Positions 8,056 through 16,690 of a DNA stretch of 26,244 nt are shown here, in pieces (the stretch's first letter is position 1; the number at the start of each line of letters is the position of its first letter). The notes below the pieces were generated by a model. It saw only the letters and a program-made list of their open reading frames with translations, was not told where the DNA came from and ran no database searches. A program made the translations under genes and the position numbers. The stretch is from a virus (taxonomy: Duplodnaviria; Caudoviricetes): the IMG/VR virus record IMGVR_UViG_3300020045_002805, positions 1-26,244 of that record. The stretch is one strand, 5' to 3'.

Positions 8056-9456
8056 CTAATCTACTGAGTTGCGATAATTCGCAATCTTAGCCTTAGTGGC
8101 GGCTAATAAACTATCTTGTACGGCGCCTTTAGAGTTCCACGATTTTACCACGCTTTCGTCTTCCGTGCCCTTCACAATGATACGGTATATTCGTACCTGC
8201 TCTCTTTGCCCTGGGCGTGCTAGTCGCTCGTTCCATTGTAGATATAGTTCGAGCGGCCAACATAGGCCGTACCATACTTGGACGTTTCCGCCGTGTTGGA
8301 GGTTCAGACCGTGACCGCCCGAAGCGGGGTGCATAACCATAACGGAAATCTTACCCGAGTTCCAGTCCTTAATATGCTGGTCGGTCTTGAAGTGCACCGG
8401 TTTGTACGCTCGTAACACATGCATTATTCGGTCGAGTTCGTGCTTGAAGTTATACGCTATCATAACCGGTGCGCCGTTCGCCGCTTCGATTATTTCCTCC
8501 AACGCTTCCAGCTTCTCGCCGTGGACGTTATGGACATTGCGCTCTTCGTCGTAGATCGCACCGCCGGCGAACTGCAAGAGCTTACCGGATAACGCCGCCG
8601 CCGTTGCAACTGATAACTTTTTCGGGAGAAGATCCTCAGCCTGTATAATCTCCATTACCTTATCGCGTTCGAACTTCTTATACTTTGCCAGCACTGGGGG
8701 CGAGAGATAAACTGGTACGTCGATATACCGGATAGGCTCAAGGTCGAGATAGTCGGCCTTATTCATGGAGATAACTATATCCTTCAACTGGTTGTGTATT
8801 CTAGTCTGTGAGTCCTCAGACGGTATGTACTTCCCAAACTGAGAGCCGGGAGGGCACACCCGATTAAAGAACCTATCTTTGTAATGCGTTATGAACTTGC
8901 CAAGGCGTTGCCCCCGGTCTAGCAACCATATTTGAAACCACAAATCAATTAAGCCGTTAGGCGCGGGCGTGCCGGTCATAATTAGCACCCGGTCAAAACA
9001 CGCCTGTACGGCCTTAAGAGCGATCGATCTTTTACTCTTCGGGTTCTTGAAGCTTGAACTTTCGTCAATAATTAGCATATCATACGGCAGCATCGAGCCT
9101 CCGAATTGACCGATCAACCACGGTAGATTTTCGCGCGAAATGAGATATATGTCCGCCTTTTCGCGCATAGCGGCGAGGCGCTTCTTCTCAGTTCCGATAA
9201 TAGTTGATACGCGTAAATGCTTCAAGTGTTCCCACCGCTCCACCTCATCAGGCCACGTGGACGAGACCACGCGCTTAGGCCCTACGATTAGCACGGTGTT
9301 TATGAGTAGCTCCCGATAGATCAATATCTCGGCAGCCGTTAAGGCGCAAATCGTTTTACCGAGTCCCATGTCCATAAATAGCCCACAGAACGGATTTTTG
9401 ATGATGTGTCGAATAACTGGCGGTTGATACTTGTATAAGTCTTTTAGCTTTAGCAT
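8056..9456 (-). CDS. SNF2-family (SF2) helicase
   Basis: Motifs DMGLGKT, IIDESS, MTGTP, GGHGLNLQ and ERLARPGQ. Confidence 0.95.
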   Translation of the reverse strand: MLKLKDLYKYQPPVIRHIIKNPFCGLFMDMGLGKTICALTAAEILIYRELLINTVLIVGPKRVVSSTWPDEVERWEHLKHLRVSTIIGTEKKRLAAMREKADIYLISRENLPWLIGQFGGSMLPYDMLIIDESSSFKNPKSKRSIALKAVQACFDRVLIMTGTPAPNGLIDLWFQIWLLDRGQRLGKFITHYKDRFFNRVCPPGSQFGKYIPSEDSQTRIHNQLKDIVISMNKADYLDLEPIRYIDVPVYLSPPVLAKYKKFERDKVMEIIQAEDLLPKKLSVATAAALSGKLLQFAGGAIYDEERNVHNVHGEKLEALEEIIEAANGAPVMIAYNFKHELDRIMHVLRAYKPVHFKTDQHIKDWNSGKISVMVMHPASGGHGLNLQHGGNVQVWYGLCWPLELYLQWNERLARPGQREQVRIYRIIVKGTEDESVVKSWNSKGAVQDSLLAATKAKIANYRNSVD

Positions 9457-9457
9457 T

Positions 9458-9934
9458 TTACAGTCCTTTTATGTATAGTAGCCAATGCGTCTTAGACGCT
9501 TTTCCGGACTTGTGCCCTATTAAGGGCTCTCGCCCTATAATTCGAATAATCTCGGACGTCGAAACTCGCATTTCATTCCACTTAAATATAAGAACCCCAA
9601 AAGGTTCTAAAACTCGGATACATTCATCAAATCCTTTTTTCAGATCGTCTCGCCAATTTTCTTTATTTAGCTTGCCGTATTTTTGAGTGGTGAAGCTGTT
9701 CGCGCCGCCATACATGTCGTGCGGAGGGTCAAAGATTACCACTTTGAAACTCGCGTCTTTGAATTCCATATTTCGAAAATCGCCAATGACGTCCGGATCT
9801 ATTATTACTTTGCGACCGTCGCAGCATTCGAGCGTCTCCCGTCGCAGGTCTTGATAGATGGCGGAAGCGTTATTTTTGTTATACCAAAACATTTTGGAGC
9901 CGCAGCATGCATCGAGTATTATTTTATCGTTCAT
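9458..9934 (-). CDS. Small class I SAM-dependent methyltransferase (probable amino-DNA MTase)
   Basis: SAM-binding ILDACCGSKMFW and catalytic-type FDPPH motif. Confidence 0.85.
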   Translation of the reverse strand: MNDKIILDACCGSKMFWYNKNNASAIYQDLRRETLECCDGRKVIIDPDVIGDFRNMEFKDASFKVVIFDPPHDMYGGANSFTTQKYGKLNKENWRDDLKKGFDECIRVLEPFGVLIFKWNEMRVSTSEIIRIIGREPLIGHKSGKASKTHWLLYIKGL

Positions 9935-10218
9935 AGTGTATATTTTTCTAAAATTGTTTTTACTTGATCCGCGCCGTCAATCACGTACACCGCGAAGCCT
10001 AACCGGCGTAACTTCTCATGTATTAGTTGCTGTATCGGTGACGGCTTTTTGCCGGTACTCTTCAACTCGGCGAAGAAGACCACCCCGCCGGGGAGAAGTA
10101 CAAGGCGGTCAGGCAAGCCGCTTACATACGTGCAAACCATTTTAATCGCCCAACCTTTGCGCTTGTGCACCGTTTCAACTAATAGCCGCTCGATGTCTTT
10201 TTCAGATTCTTTAATCAT
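9931..10218 (-). CDS. VRR-NUC domain nuclease (Holliday junction resolvase-like)
   Basis: E..IE...GLPDRL...FAELK...PSPIQ pattern, upstream of the SNF2 helicase. Confidence 0.9.
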   Translation of the reverse strand: MIKESEKDIERLLVETVHKRKGWAIKMVCTYVSGLPDRLVLLPGGVVFFAELKSTGKKPSPIQQLIHEKLRRLGFAVYVIDGADQVKTILEKYTL

Positions 10219-10705
10219 TTAGCCGTTGGCGAAGATGGGAGAAGTTAATCGCCAAGGCCATAGGGGCGTCGTCTAAAAAAGGCGCTGCCTCGGGAAGGTG
10301 TTCGCGTATTTTCTTGTAACTTCTTAGCGACCATAGAGTCGCCTCTATATCCCTCCTTAATTCTCTGAGCTCTTTTCCTATCGCCGTTATGTTGTCTAAA
10401 AATTCCCGAATCACTTTAGCTTGCGCCTCGTCTGGGGCGAATCCTTTCCCCGAACATGGTAACGCTGACGCAATATTCACCCATTCATGTGCTAGTCCGT
10501 TACCGGATACTTGAAAATCGGCCCTGCAATTAAAGTAACTAGGGAATTTTCTGAACGTTTTTAAAAGTTCAGGGTGCAACGCAGACACATACATTTTTGT
10601 AAATTCTTCGCCGAGTTCGGCGCTTATTTTTTGCAACTGCTCCGCTTTCTTACAGGTTAATTTTCTTGCCACCTCGGCGGCTTTTGTCTTAGTGATAATG
10701 CTCAT
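10211..10705 (-). CDS. Hypothetical protein, Nmad5-like (nucleotide modification associated domain 5)
   Basis: C-terminal L.SLRSYKKIREHLPEAAPFL resembles the Nmad5 family pattern from memory. Confidence 0.55.
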   Translation of the reverse strand: MSIITKTKAAEVARKLTCKKAEQLQKISAELGEEFTKMYVSALHPELLKTFRKFPSYFNCRADFQVSGNGLAHEWVNIASALPCSGKGFAPDEAQAKVIREFLDNITAIGKELRELRRDIEATLWSLRSYKKIREHLPEAAPFLDDAPMALAINFSHLRQRLND

Positions 10706-10725
10706 AATTCTAAATAGTTTAAAGG

Positions 10726-13125
10726 TTATTTTTTAAGTGCGTAATATTTTTGTTTGCCATACACGCCAAAGTTGGCAGTGCTAGATTTGTATTCCCAATT
10801 TGTGAATGATTTCATTATGTCGTTAATGTCTCGCGTCTTCCACCGGTCCATCGCTTTAGGGTCGTTACCTAAACACTCGCACCATATTTCAGCTACGCAT
10901 ACCTTGGTACGCGTTGCACCCTCTTCGAAGTTCTGCGCCGGGTCTTCGAGATACATACGGCGAGCGTCGAGATCTAATTTCGCCCAGTTTTTAGGCAATA
11001 ACTTATTTAGGTAATACTCAATAACGCCGCGGCGTTCGTCAACCTCTGAATGGTTAACCTGCTCCATTCCCGCGATAACTTCGGCGGCGTTCGAAAAGTA
11101 CAGCGTCTCGCCTGCACGGTGCAACGCCGTTGCCTCCGACCATATCTGATCTATCTCGCCGTCTAGGTCTTTCCAAACATCTTTAACGATGTCGTCGGGG
11201 TTCACATCGATAGGCGCAAATCGCCTGTTGCCCGTTGGGTCCGTGAAAAGTTCCCTCTTATTCGATGTGGCAATGAAAATGTTTTGTCTTGGGTAATCCT
11301 CAGGGCTTCGACCGTATGCGGGGCGAAACGTGTCAACTCGTTTTGATATGAAATGTTTAACCGTTTCTTGGTCCGCTTTTCTAAATCCGGCCATTTCGGC
11401 AATCTCAATAAGCCAAGCCCCCTGCAATTGCTCGAATGCCTCTTTCCCGTGAACGGTTGTGAACGTGTCGCTGTACCAGCCTTTACCCAGTTTGTCGACA
11501 AATGAACTCTTTTTTGTGCCTTGTGCGCCTATTATGGTGAGCACTAGATCGAATTTACAGCCGGGGTTAAAGATGCGTGCAACCGCTGCAACTAATGGTT
11601 TGCGAATCGACTCCCGGGTATATGCGTTATCGGGTGCGCCAAAATAATCGTGGAGCAGGTAGTCGATTCTTTTCTTGCCGTCCCACTTTAACCCGTTGAG
11701 ATAGTCTTTAATTGGGTGGAAGGAGTCGCGCTCGAATACCATTGCCAGCGCGTCATCTATCTTTTGAACTCCCGTAACGCCGTAACACGATTCTATATAA
11801 TTTCTAACACCTGAATAATCTACGTTTTTAATCGGTTCGGGCTTTGGTATTTTTCTCCAAGGCAACGTACGAAACACGTATCTTTTATTATCGAACAGAT
11901 TTTGTTTGAAACTATTTTTTAACCTAGAATCGTTTTTCAATATTAAATTAATGTTGTTCGAACTGCTGAGGTAGTTTCCTTTGTTGTCGGCTTCGAGCTC
12001 TTCCATCCATTCGAAGTCCTCGCCGTCGCCTTCCACGTTCTCGGGAAGCTCTTCGTAATCCTGATAGTCTTCGTCAAAGTCGTATTTTGCATTCTCGCGG
12101 TTTTCCTTTGCAAGCGTCGCTTTAACGCCTTTATCCTTTAGGCACAACTCTTCCATAGCGGCGAAGCTCTTAGGCTTTTGCCCTGACTGAGTTTCACCGT
12201 CCAAGTGGCCGAACTTGTGCAACCGCACAAGATCGAAGGCGTTCGACGTCTTCCCGCTGCATGGATCGGTACCGTGATGGGAGTAAGCGAAAGTGTCATC
12301 ATATACGATAAGCCCGGCGGCGGTGGATCCTTGAGTATAAGTGTATCGGTCTTCGTGGTCAGTGGCGATATACTGCTCAGCTAGGAACTTTTCCAGTGCC
12401 TCAACTATGGAGTAGGTGCGGCAAAAAGCCCCTACGACGCCCGACTTTTCGCGCGGATCGGCTTGCTTCGACACGTCGCCGTTAATGCTCTTAAGCGTTG
12501 CGCCTGACGTTGGCCATAGGCTCGTATCTTTCCAGTCGATGTACGCGTTAAGTATTTCGTCAGCGTCCAACCAGTCCCCGTCTTGGACCTGCATATAGTA
12601 TTCTACGTCTTTCGGCGTTGAGGGCCAAAACATAAGGCGGTTAACTTCGAAAGTTGTGGCGTCGAACAATTCAATGTCTAGCGTACCGGCAACGTGTCGA
12701 GAGATCGCGCCGTATTCGTCGCTCGTAACCTCGCGGTTAAGCGGCATTAACAGACGATAGCGCGGGTTTGCTTTTGAGTGCTTGTGTGTAGCGTGAAGGA
12801 TTGCGGCGTTCGGATATTGTAGCGTGAAATCGTCCCAGAAATGATAGTGTGAGAAATCGATATCTAACGTTAAAAGTTGACGGTGTCCCACATTTTTAGG
12901 GCTCCGTTTCCCGTCTCTCAGATACCCGCCTACATACCCGCCTACGTCTTTGATTACGCCCTGTTCGGCTTTCGACGATGCTATGAATTCTTTGTAGGTC
13001 TCACCTGTTACAACTACCTCAGATATTCTTTGGACAAACTGACTGAACAGAATTGTTTTGTTTTTCCATTTAAGCGTACCAGCCGAGCGGCCCACTGCGA
13101 TTGTTAATTTACCGTCGTTTTTCAT
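10726..13125 (-). CDS. Primase-helicase (AEP-like N-terminus plus VirE/VapE-type P-loop domain)
   Basis: LTLDID and HATHKH...PRYRL primase motifs, YSHHGTDP, Walker A GAQGTKKS, IEIAEM, FRPAYGR and DPTGNRRF. Confidence 0.92.
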   Translation of the reverse strand: MKNDGKLTIAVGRSAGTLKWKNKTILFSQFVQRISEVVVTGETYKEFIASSKAEQGVIKDVGGYVGGYLRDGKRSPKNVGHRQLLTLDIDFSHYHFWDDFTLQYPNAAILHATHKHSKANPRYRLLMPLNREVTSDEYGAISRHVAGTLDIELFDATTFEVNRLMFWPSTPKDVEYYMQVQDGDWLDADEILNAYIDWKDTSLWPTSGATLKSINGDVSKQADPREKSGVVGAFCRTYSIVEALEKFLAEQYIATDHEDRYTYTQGSTAAGLIVYDDTFAYSHHGTDPCSGKTSNAFDLVRLHKFGHLDGETQSGQKPKSFAAMEELCLKDKGVKATLAKENRENAKYDFDEDYQDYEELPENVEGDGEDFEWMEELEADNKGNYLSSSNNINLILKNDSRLKNSFKQNLFDNKRYVFRTLPWRKIPKPEPIKNVDYSGVRNYIESCYGVTGVQKIDDALAMVFERDSFHPIKDYLNGLKWDGKKRIDYLLHDYFGAPDNAYTRESIRKPLVAAVARIFNPGCKFDLVLTIIGAQGTKKSSFVDKLGKGWYSDTFTTVHGKEAFEQLQGAWLIEIAEMAGFRKADQETVKHFISKRVDTFRPAYGRSPEDYPRQNIFIATSNKRELFTDPTGNRRFAPIDVNPDDIVKDVWKDLDGEIDQIWSEATALHRAGETLYFSNAAEVIAGMEQVNHSEVDERRGVIEYYLNKLLPKNWAKLDLDARRMYLEDPAQNFEEGATRTKVCVAEIWCECLGNDPKAMDRWKTRDINDIMKSFTNWEYKSSTANFGVYGKQKYYALKK

Positions 13126-13313
13126 TTTTTCGTGAGGGTTAGATTATATTCTGCAGGTAATCTGAAAAGAGGCGACTCTTTTGACATCATAGCCACAACG
13201 GCGTTAATCGTATTACTCTGTTCTGGCGTGAGGGCTATTTGGTATATTTCACCGTTTTCGTCCTGCGAAATAAGTCCTACTTGGTTTGGTTCTAAGCTTT
13301 CAAAAGTTGGCAT
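13122..13313 (-). CDS. Small hypothetical protein
   Basis: 63 aa with an ATGA overlap with the primase. Confidence 0.7.
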   Translation of the reverse strand: MPTFESLEPNQVGLISQDENGEIYQIALTPEQSNTINAVVAMMSKESPLFRLPAEYNLTLTKK

Positions 13314-13317
13314 AATA

Positions 13318-15288
13318 TTAGTCTTTTTTATAGTAATTAGTTGAAAAGCCCTCAGCGGGTAGTGGTAGGCCTTTGGCCCAGGGGACGGGCTTCGCTAGAA
13401 TATCACAAAGCTGCGAGAGAACAAAGTCGACGCTTAGGTTCTCCACCTCTGCTATAACCTCATCATGAACATGCCCGACGATTGGAAAGCCCGCTTTGTC
13501 GGCTCTTCGCATTCCAAGGGCTAAGATGTCACGGGCTATGGCCTGTATGATGTTCTCCGAAATCTTGCCGCCGTAAGTGTCAACCCAACTCCACTTCTTA
13601 GTATCAGGATTGACCCCCATATACTTAATACTTGGGTTGTCCCATCGGTTCGTCGTGAGCATCGCGTCTCGATATATCAGTTTGCGCCCCGATGGTAGTT
13701 GAACCGTTAAACATTTATGTTCGAAGTTGAATATTAATCCTTTGTTCGAGGCCTGCGGCTGTTTGGTTTTAATCGCTCGAATCGCGGCGCGCTCAAAGTC
13801 GTACCACATCTTCACGATGTTTGGACTCTCCGCCCGCCAAACCTTTATAATTTCTTTTATTTGGGCGTCGGTCTCGGCTATGTCGTCGCCGGCCATTTGT
13901 CGGTACGCTCCAACGGATCCACCGAAGCCGAGCGCAAGCTCTGCGATCTTGCCCTTATCACGATACGCCGAGCCCTTGGTCACTTGTTCGATTGGCACCT
14001 TGAAAATCTTAGAGGCTGAGATCTCGTAAATGTTCCCTTTCCCTGCGAAAACCTCTTCGCGCCACTTCTCGGAAGCAAGCCACGCAGTTATGCGCCCCTC
14101 GATTGCGGAGTAATCGGCGATTACAAACGTGTGCCCCTCTTCGGCTATCAGCGTTGTGCGTATGAGCTCAGAAAGAACTTTAGAAATATTGCTAAACATC
14201 ATAACTAGGCCGTCGTAGTCGTTGGCTTTCACCATGTCACGTGCGAGATTTAGGAGTTTCATTTTGTTGCGGGGTAAATTCTGCAGCTGCACCGCGCGAC
14301 CCGCCCAACGGCCTGTACGCCCTGCGCCGTAGAACTGTAAAAGCCCGTGCGCCCGGTCGGTGCTTACTGCATAGTTTGCCATAGCAGTAAACTTTTTCGT
14401 TGAGGTTTTAGACCCTAATTGTCGAAGTTTCAAGACCTCCACCGCCGCCCCTGCCCGATGCTTTTTTATTAAGGACTCAACGGTCTTTTTTGCGAGTGAT
14501 GTAATAGGTTGTCGCAATTCGTCTGTTAGCCATTTTTTAAGCTGGGCGGGGCTGTTCGGATTTACGAGTCCAGTTTTGTCTTTTAGCTGTTCGATTATTT
14601 CGGCTTTGAAAAGGTCGTCAATTATAACAGCGTTGGCGGCCATGAGCGTATCAACCTTAATGCCTTTATCGTTTATTTTCTGATCTAAAATGTAGTTTTC
14701 TTTTTCTACTTCGGGAAACTCGAAGCATTCGTTTTCGTCTTGTACGGCCATTTCGGCCACGACATCCTGGCCGCAATAGTACTTGTAACGTTCCCACTTT
14801 GCGGGGTTGTGTTTCGGTAGATTTCTACATCGGAAGTCGTTCGACTTTACCGGCTTAACTGGGCAAGAAAAGTAACGGATAAGCGCCGAGCCTTCGGCAC
14901 TCTTCGCCTGTTCGCCCAAGTCTAGGACAGTTGATAAGACAGCCAAGGCCATAGGCAGGCCGCAATATGAAGCCTTAACGGCGGAGCAGTGCCAGTGCCA
15001 CGCGGGTATATCGTGACCGATAGCGCGAAACGCTAAGCGTTCAAACATTGCGTTGTGCGCATGCTTTTCGACTAATGGATCGTGTAATGCTTTTAGAAAT
15101 TTTTCGGGTATTTTTTCGCCTTGGAGTAAATCGACTATTTTAATTAAGCCTTTCACGCCGTTAATCTTGAAACAATAGGCCAGTATAACTATTTCAAAGT
15201 CGGGGCTTTCCATGTACTTATAAGCCCCGCATGTCTTAATATTGACGCTTGAAAAAGTTTCAACGTCTATGTGTAATTCAATTGCCAT
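13318..15288 (-). CDS. polA: Phage family A DNA polymerase with 3'-5' exonuclease
   Basis: Exo motifs HIDVET, AHNAMFE and YCGQD; polymerase motifs ADYSAIEGR, KIAELALGFGG and HVHDEV. Start taken at ATG 15288 (MAIELH). Confidence 0.95.
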   Translation of the reverse strand: MAIELHIDVETFSSVNIKTCGAYKYMESPDFEIVILAYCFKINGVKGLIKIVDLLQGEKIPEKFLKALHDPLVEKHAHNAMFERLAFRAIGHDIPAWHWHCSAVKASYCGLPMALAVLSTVLDLGEQAKSAEGSALIRYFSCPVKPVKSNDFRCRNLPKHNPAKWERYKYYCGQDVVAEMAVQDENECFEFPEVEKENYILDQKINDKGIKVDTLMAANAVIIDDLFKAEIIEQLKDKTGLVNPNSPAQLKKWLTDELRQPITSLAKKTVESLIKKHRAGAAVEVLKLRQLGSKTSTKKFTAMANYAVSTDRAHGLLQFYGAGRTGRWAGRAVQLQNLPRNKMKLLNLARDMVKANDYDGLVMMFSNISKVLSELIRTTLIAEEGHTFVIADYSAIEGRITAWLASEKWREEVFAGKGNIYEISASKIFKVPIEQVTKGSAYRDKGKIAELALGFGGSVGAYRQMAGDDIAETDAQIKEIIKVWRAESPNIVKMWYDFERAAIRAIKTKQPQASNKGLIFNFEHKCLTVQLPSGRKLIYRDAMLTTNRWDNPSIKYMGVNPDTKKWSWVDTYGGKISENIIQAIARDILALGMRRADKAGFPIVGHVHDEVIAEVENLSVDFVLSQLCDILAKPVPWAKGLPLPAEGFSTNYYKKD

Positions 15289-15315
15289 ATTGTTAGTTTG
15301 AGAGGGTTGGAGTTG

Positions 15316-15376
15316 CACGTCGTCAGGGATTCGAACCCCGCTACGATTAAGTAACTGACCATTACAGTTACGACGT
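15316..15376 (-). ncRNA. Mini tRNA-like element (61 nt) lacking an anticodon arm
   Basis: Acceptor ACGTCGT/ACGACGT, D-like arm AACTG-TAATGGT-CAGTT, a 12-nt linker, T-arm CGGGG-TTCGAAT-CCCTG, and 3' GCAA. Confidence 0.7.
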
Positions 15377-15395
15377 TTCAGACATATAATTAACT

Positions 15396-15510
15396 CGCGT
15401 ATATCGGGCGATAGTTTCGGGGCTAAATCCTAACTAGCGTTTAGCCGTATGCTAGGCGCGCTTATTATACTGCTTGGCTTGCAGTCTGTGAGCATCATCG
15501 CCACAACGCG
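15396..15510 (-). ncRNA. Candidate multi-stem structured RNA between the two tRNA-like elements
   Basis: Nested stems CGCGT/ACGCG, GGCGAT/ATCGCC, ATGCT/AGCAT, ACTGC/GCAGT and GGCTAAA/TTTAGCC. Confidence 0.5.
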
Positions 15511-15544
15511 GTATGTTACTCGAATGAAAGGGAACTTTCCCCTA

Positions 15545-15658
15545 GAGGGCGTGCGGGATTCGAACCCGCAAGAGAACGCTTTCTAGTGCCGTCGCGCTTT
15601 ACTTGCTATTTTATCCGCGCAACTTGTACGCTACGTTTACCAATTTCGCCAACGCCCT
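15545..15658 (-). ncRNA. tRNA-like element (114 nt) with an expanded, non-canonical anticodon region
   Basis: Acceptor AGGGCGT/ACGCCCT, Leu-like D region TGGCGAAATTGGTAAACG, T-arm GCGGG-TTCGAAT-CCCGC, and ~62 nt in place of the anticodon/variable arms. Confidence 0.7.
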
Positions 15659-15727
15659 GCCTTAATTGCCTCCTAATTGCGAGTTATATCGCTAGTGCCT
15701 ATCTTGGGCTTTCGGAGGTCTTTGCTT

Positions 15728-16309
15728 TTAAAGATCGTCGTAATCTTCCTCTTCGTCTTCGAACTCGTAATCGTCGCCGAAGTCCTCTACTACATTGCTG
15801 CTGCTGCCGCCTAAACGTGGGCCGTTTGCAATTTTTTGAATGCTTTCAAGTCCTGCGGTAATTCCTTTGGATTCGTCAGTCCAGTAGTAGTAAAAGTTCA
15901 AGCATACGCGGGCGTAACACCCGCTATACAAGTCCTCAGGGTCGGTAATTGCTTCGAGGTTTCTGTCCACAACGGGAGGGCGTCGGTTAGAACTTACGTT
16001 CATGTAAAATTTTCCTTCATATTCCTCTTCGTCCTTGTCCTCGCCCCCGTCGTTTAGCGTGTTTTTGATTGCTTTTTTAGGCGGTTTGCCGGCGTACTTC
16101 TCAGCGATCATCTTGGTCTCAACTGACTTAATAGCGGCTCGAATTTTCGCTACAGTTTCCTTATCTTTTTTGTCGATAAGAAGTAGACATTTGTATTTTC
16201 CCGGCTCTCCCGGCTTTTTCGGATCGATGTAAGGCGCGAACACGTTCACATAGCTTAGCATCACTTTTCCAGTTGTTACCCTTGTCGGGCTTTTCTCTTT
16301 AGTTGCCAT
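15728..16309 (-). CDS. Phage ssDNA-binding protein (DUF2815 / T7 gp2.5-like)
   Basis: LSYVNVF.P, YSGCYARV, GITAGLESIQK and an acidic C-terminal tail; located between DUF2800 and PolA. Confidence 0.88.
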   Translation of the reverse strand: MATKEKSPTRVTTGKVMLSYVNVFAPYIDPKKPGEPGKYKCLLLIDKKDKETVAKIRAAIKSVETKMIAEKYAGKPPKKAIKNTLNDGGEDKDEEEYEGKFYMNVSSNRRPPVVDRNLEAITDPEDLYSGCYARVCLNFYYYWTDESKGITAGLESIQKIANGPRLGGSSSNVVEDFGDDYEFEDEEEDYDDL

Positions 16310-16679
16310 TGTTTTCTAAGTTTTTAAAATTATTAGTGTTTAATTCTGGGTCAATTTTTGCCATTTGTATTGAAAAAACCGCTTTGGCAAATTCGGCTAA
16401 TCGGTCGTCGTTCGCGAAAACTTCGTCACGGGTGCCTCGGCTCTCGAAGCTGAACGGTGCAACGAGTTGTACGGGCTTTTCTCTCGAGTCATACCCATAG
16501 GCGCACATTTCTAAATGATTGTCGTCTCGGGTGTGTACAACCGCCTGAGCACTATCGGGCAAGTTAATTAACTTTACTCGTAAGGGCAAGTTAGCCCTGA
16601 TAAAAGCCTTTACAAAGTCACTTTTCCCGCTGGTAGGCGTTGCGCCTAGTAATGGAATTACTTTTTTATTTTTACTCAT
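16299..16679 (-). CDS. Hypothetical protein
   Basis: 126-aa ORF packed in the operon. Confidence 0.7.
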   Translation of the reverse strand: MSKNKKVIPLLGATPTSGKSDFVKAFIRANLPLRVKLINLPDSAQAVVHTRDDNHLEMCAYGYDSREKPVQLVAPFSFESRGTRDEVFANDDRLAEFAKAVFSIQMAKIDPELNTNNFKNLENNGN

Positions 16680-16690
16680 TTTTACAAATT

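Noticed and set aside
11505-11530. Deviant Walker A (GAQGTKKS) in the primase-helicase
   Set aside because: The catalytic KS is retained and G.QG..KS variants occur in VirE-type domains, so this is not evidence of inactivation.
15316-15658. tmRNA or canonical tRNA genes
   Set aside because: Each element has its own complete acceptor stem, there is no G3:U70 alanine determinant, and no canonical anticodon arm can be drawn.
16620-16660. P-loop-like GATPTSGKS in the 126-aa protein
   Set aside because: Spacing does not fit GxxxxGKS and no downstream NTPase motifs are evident.
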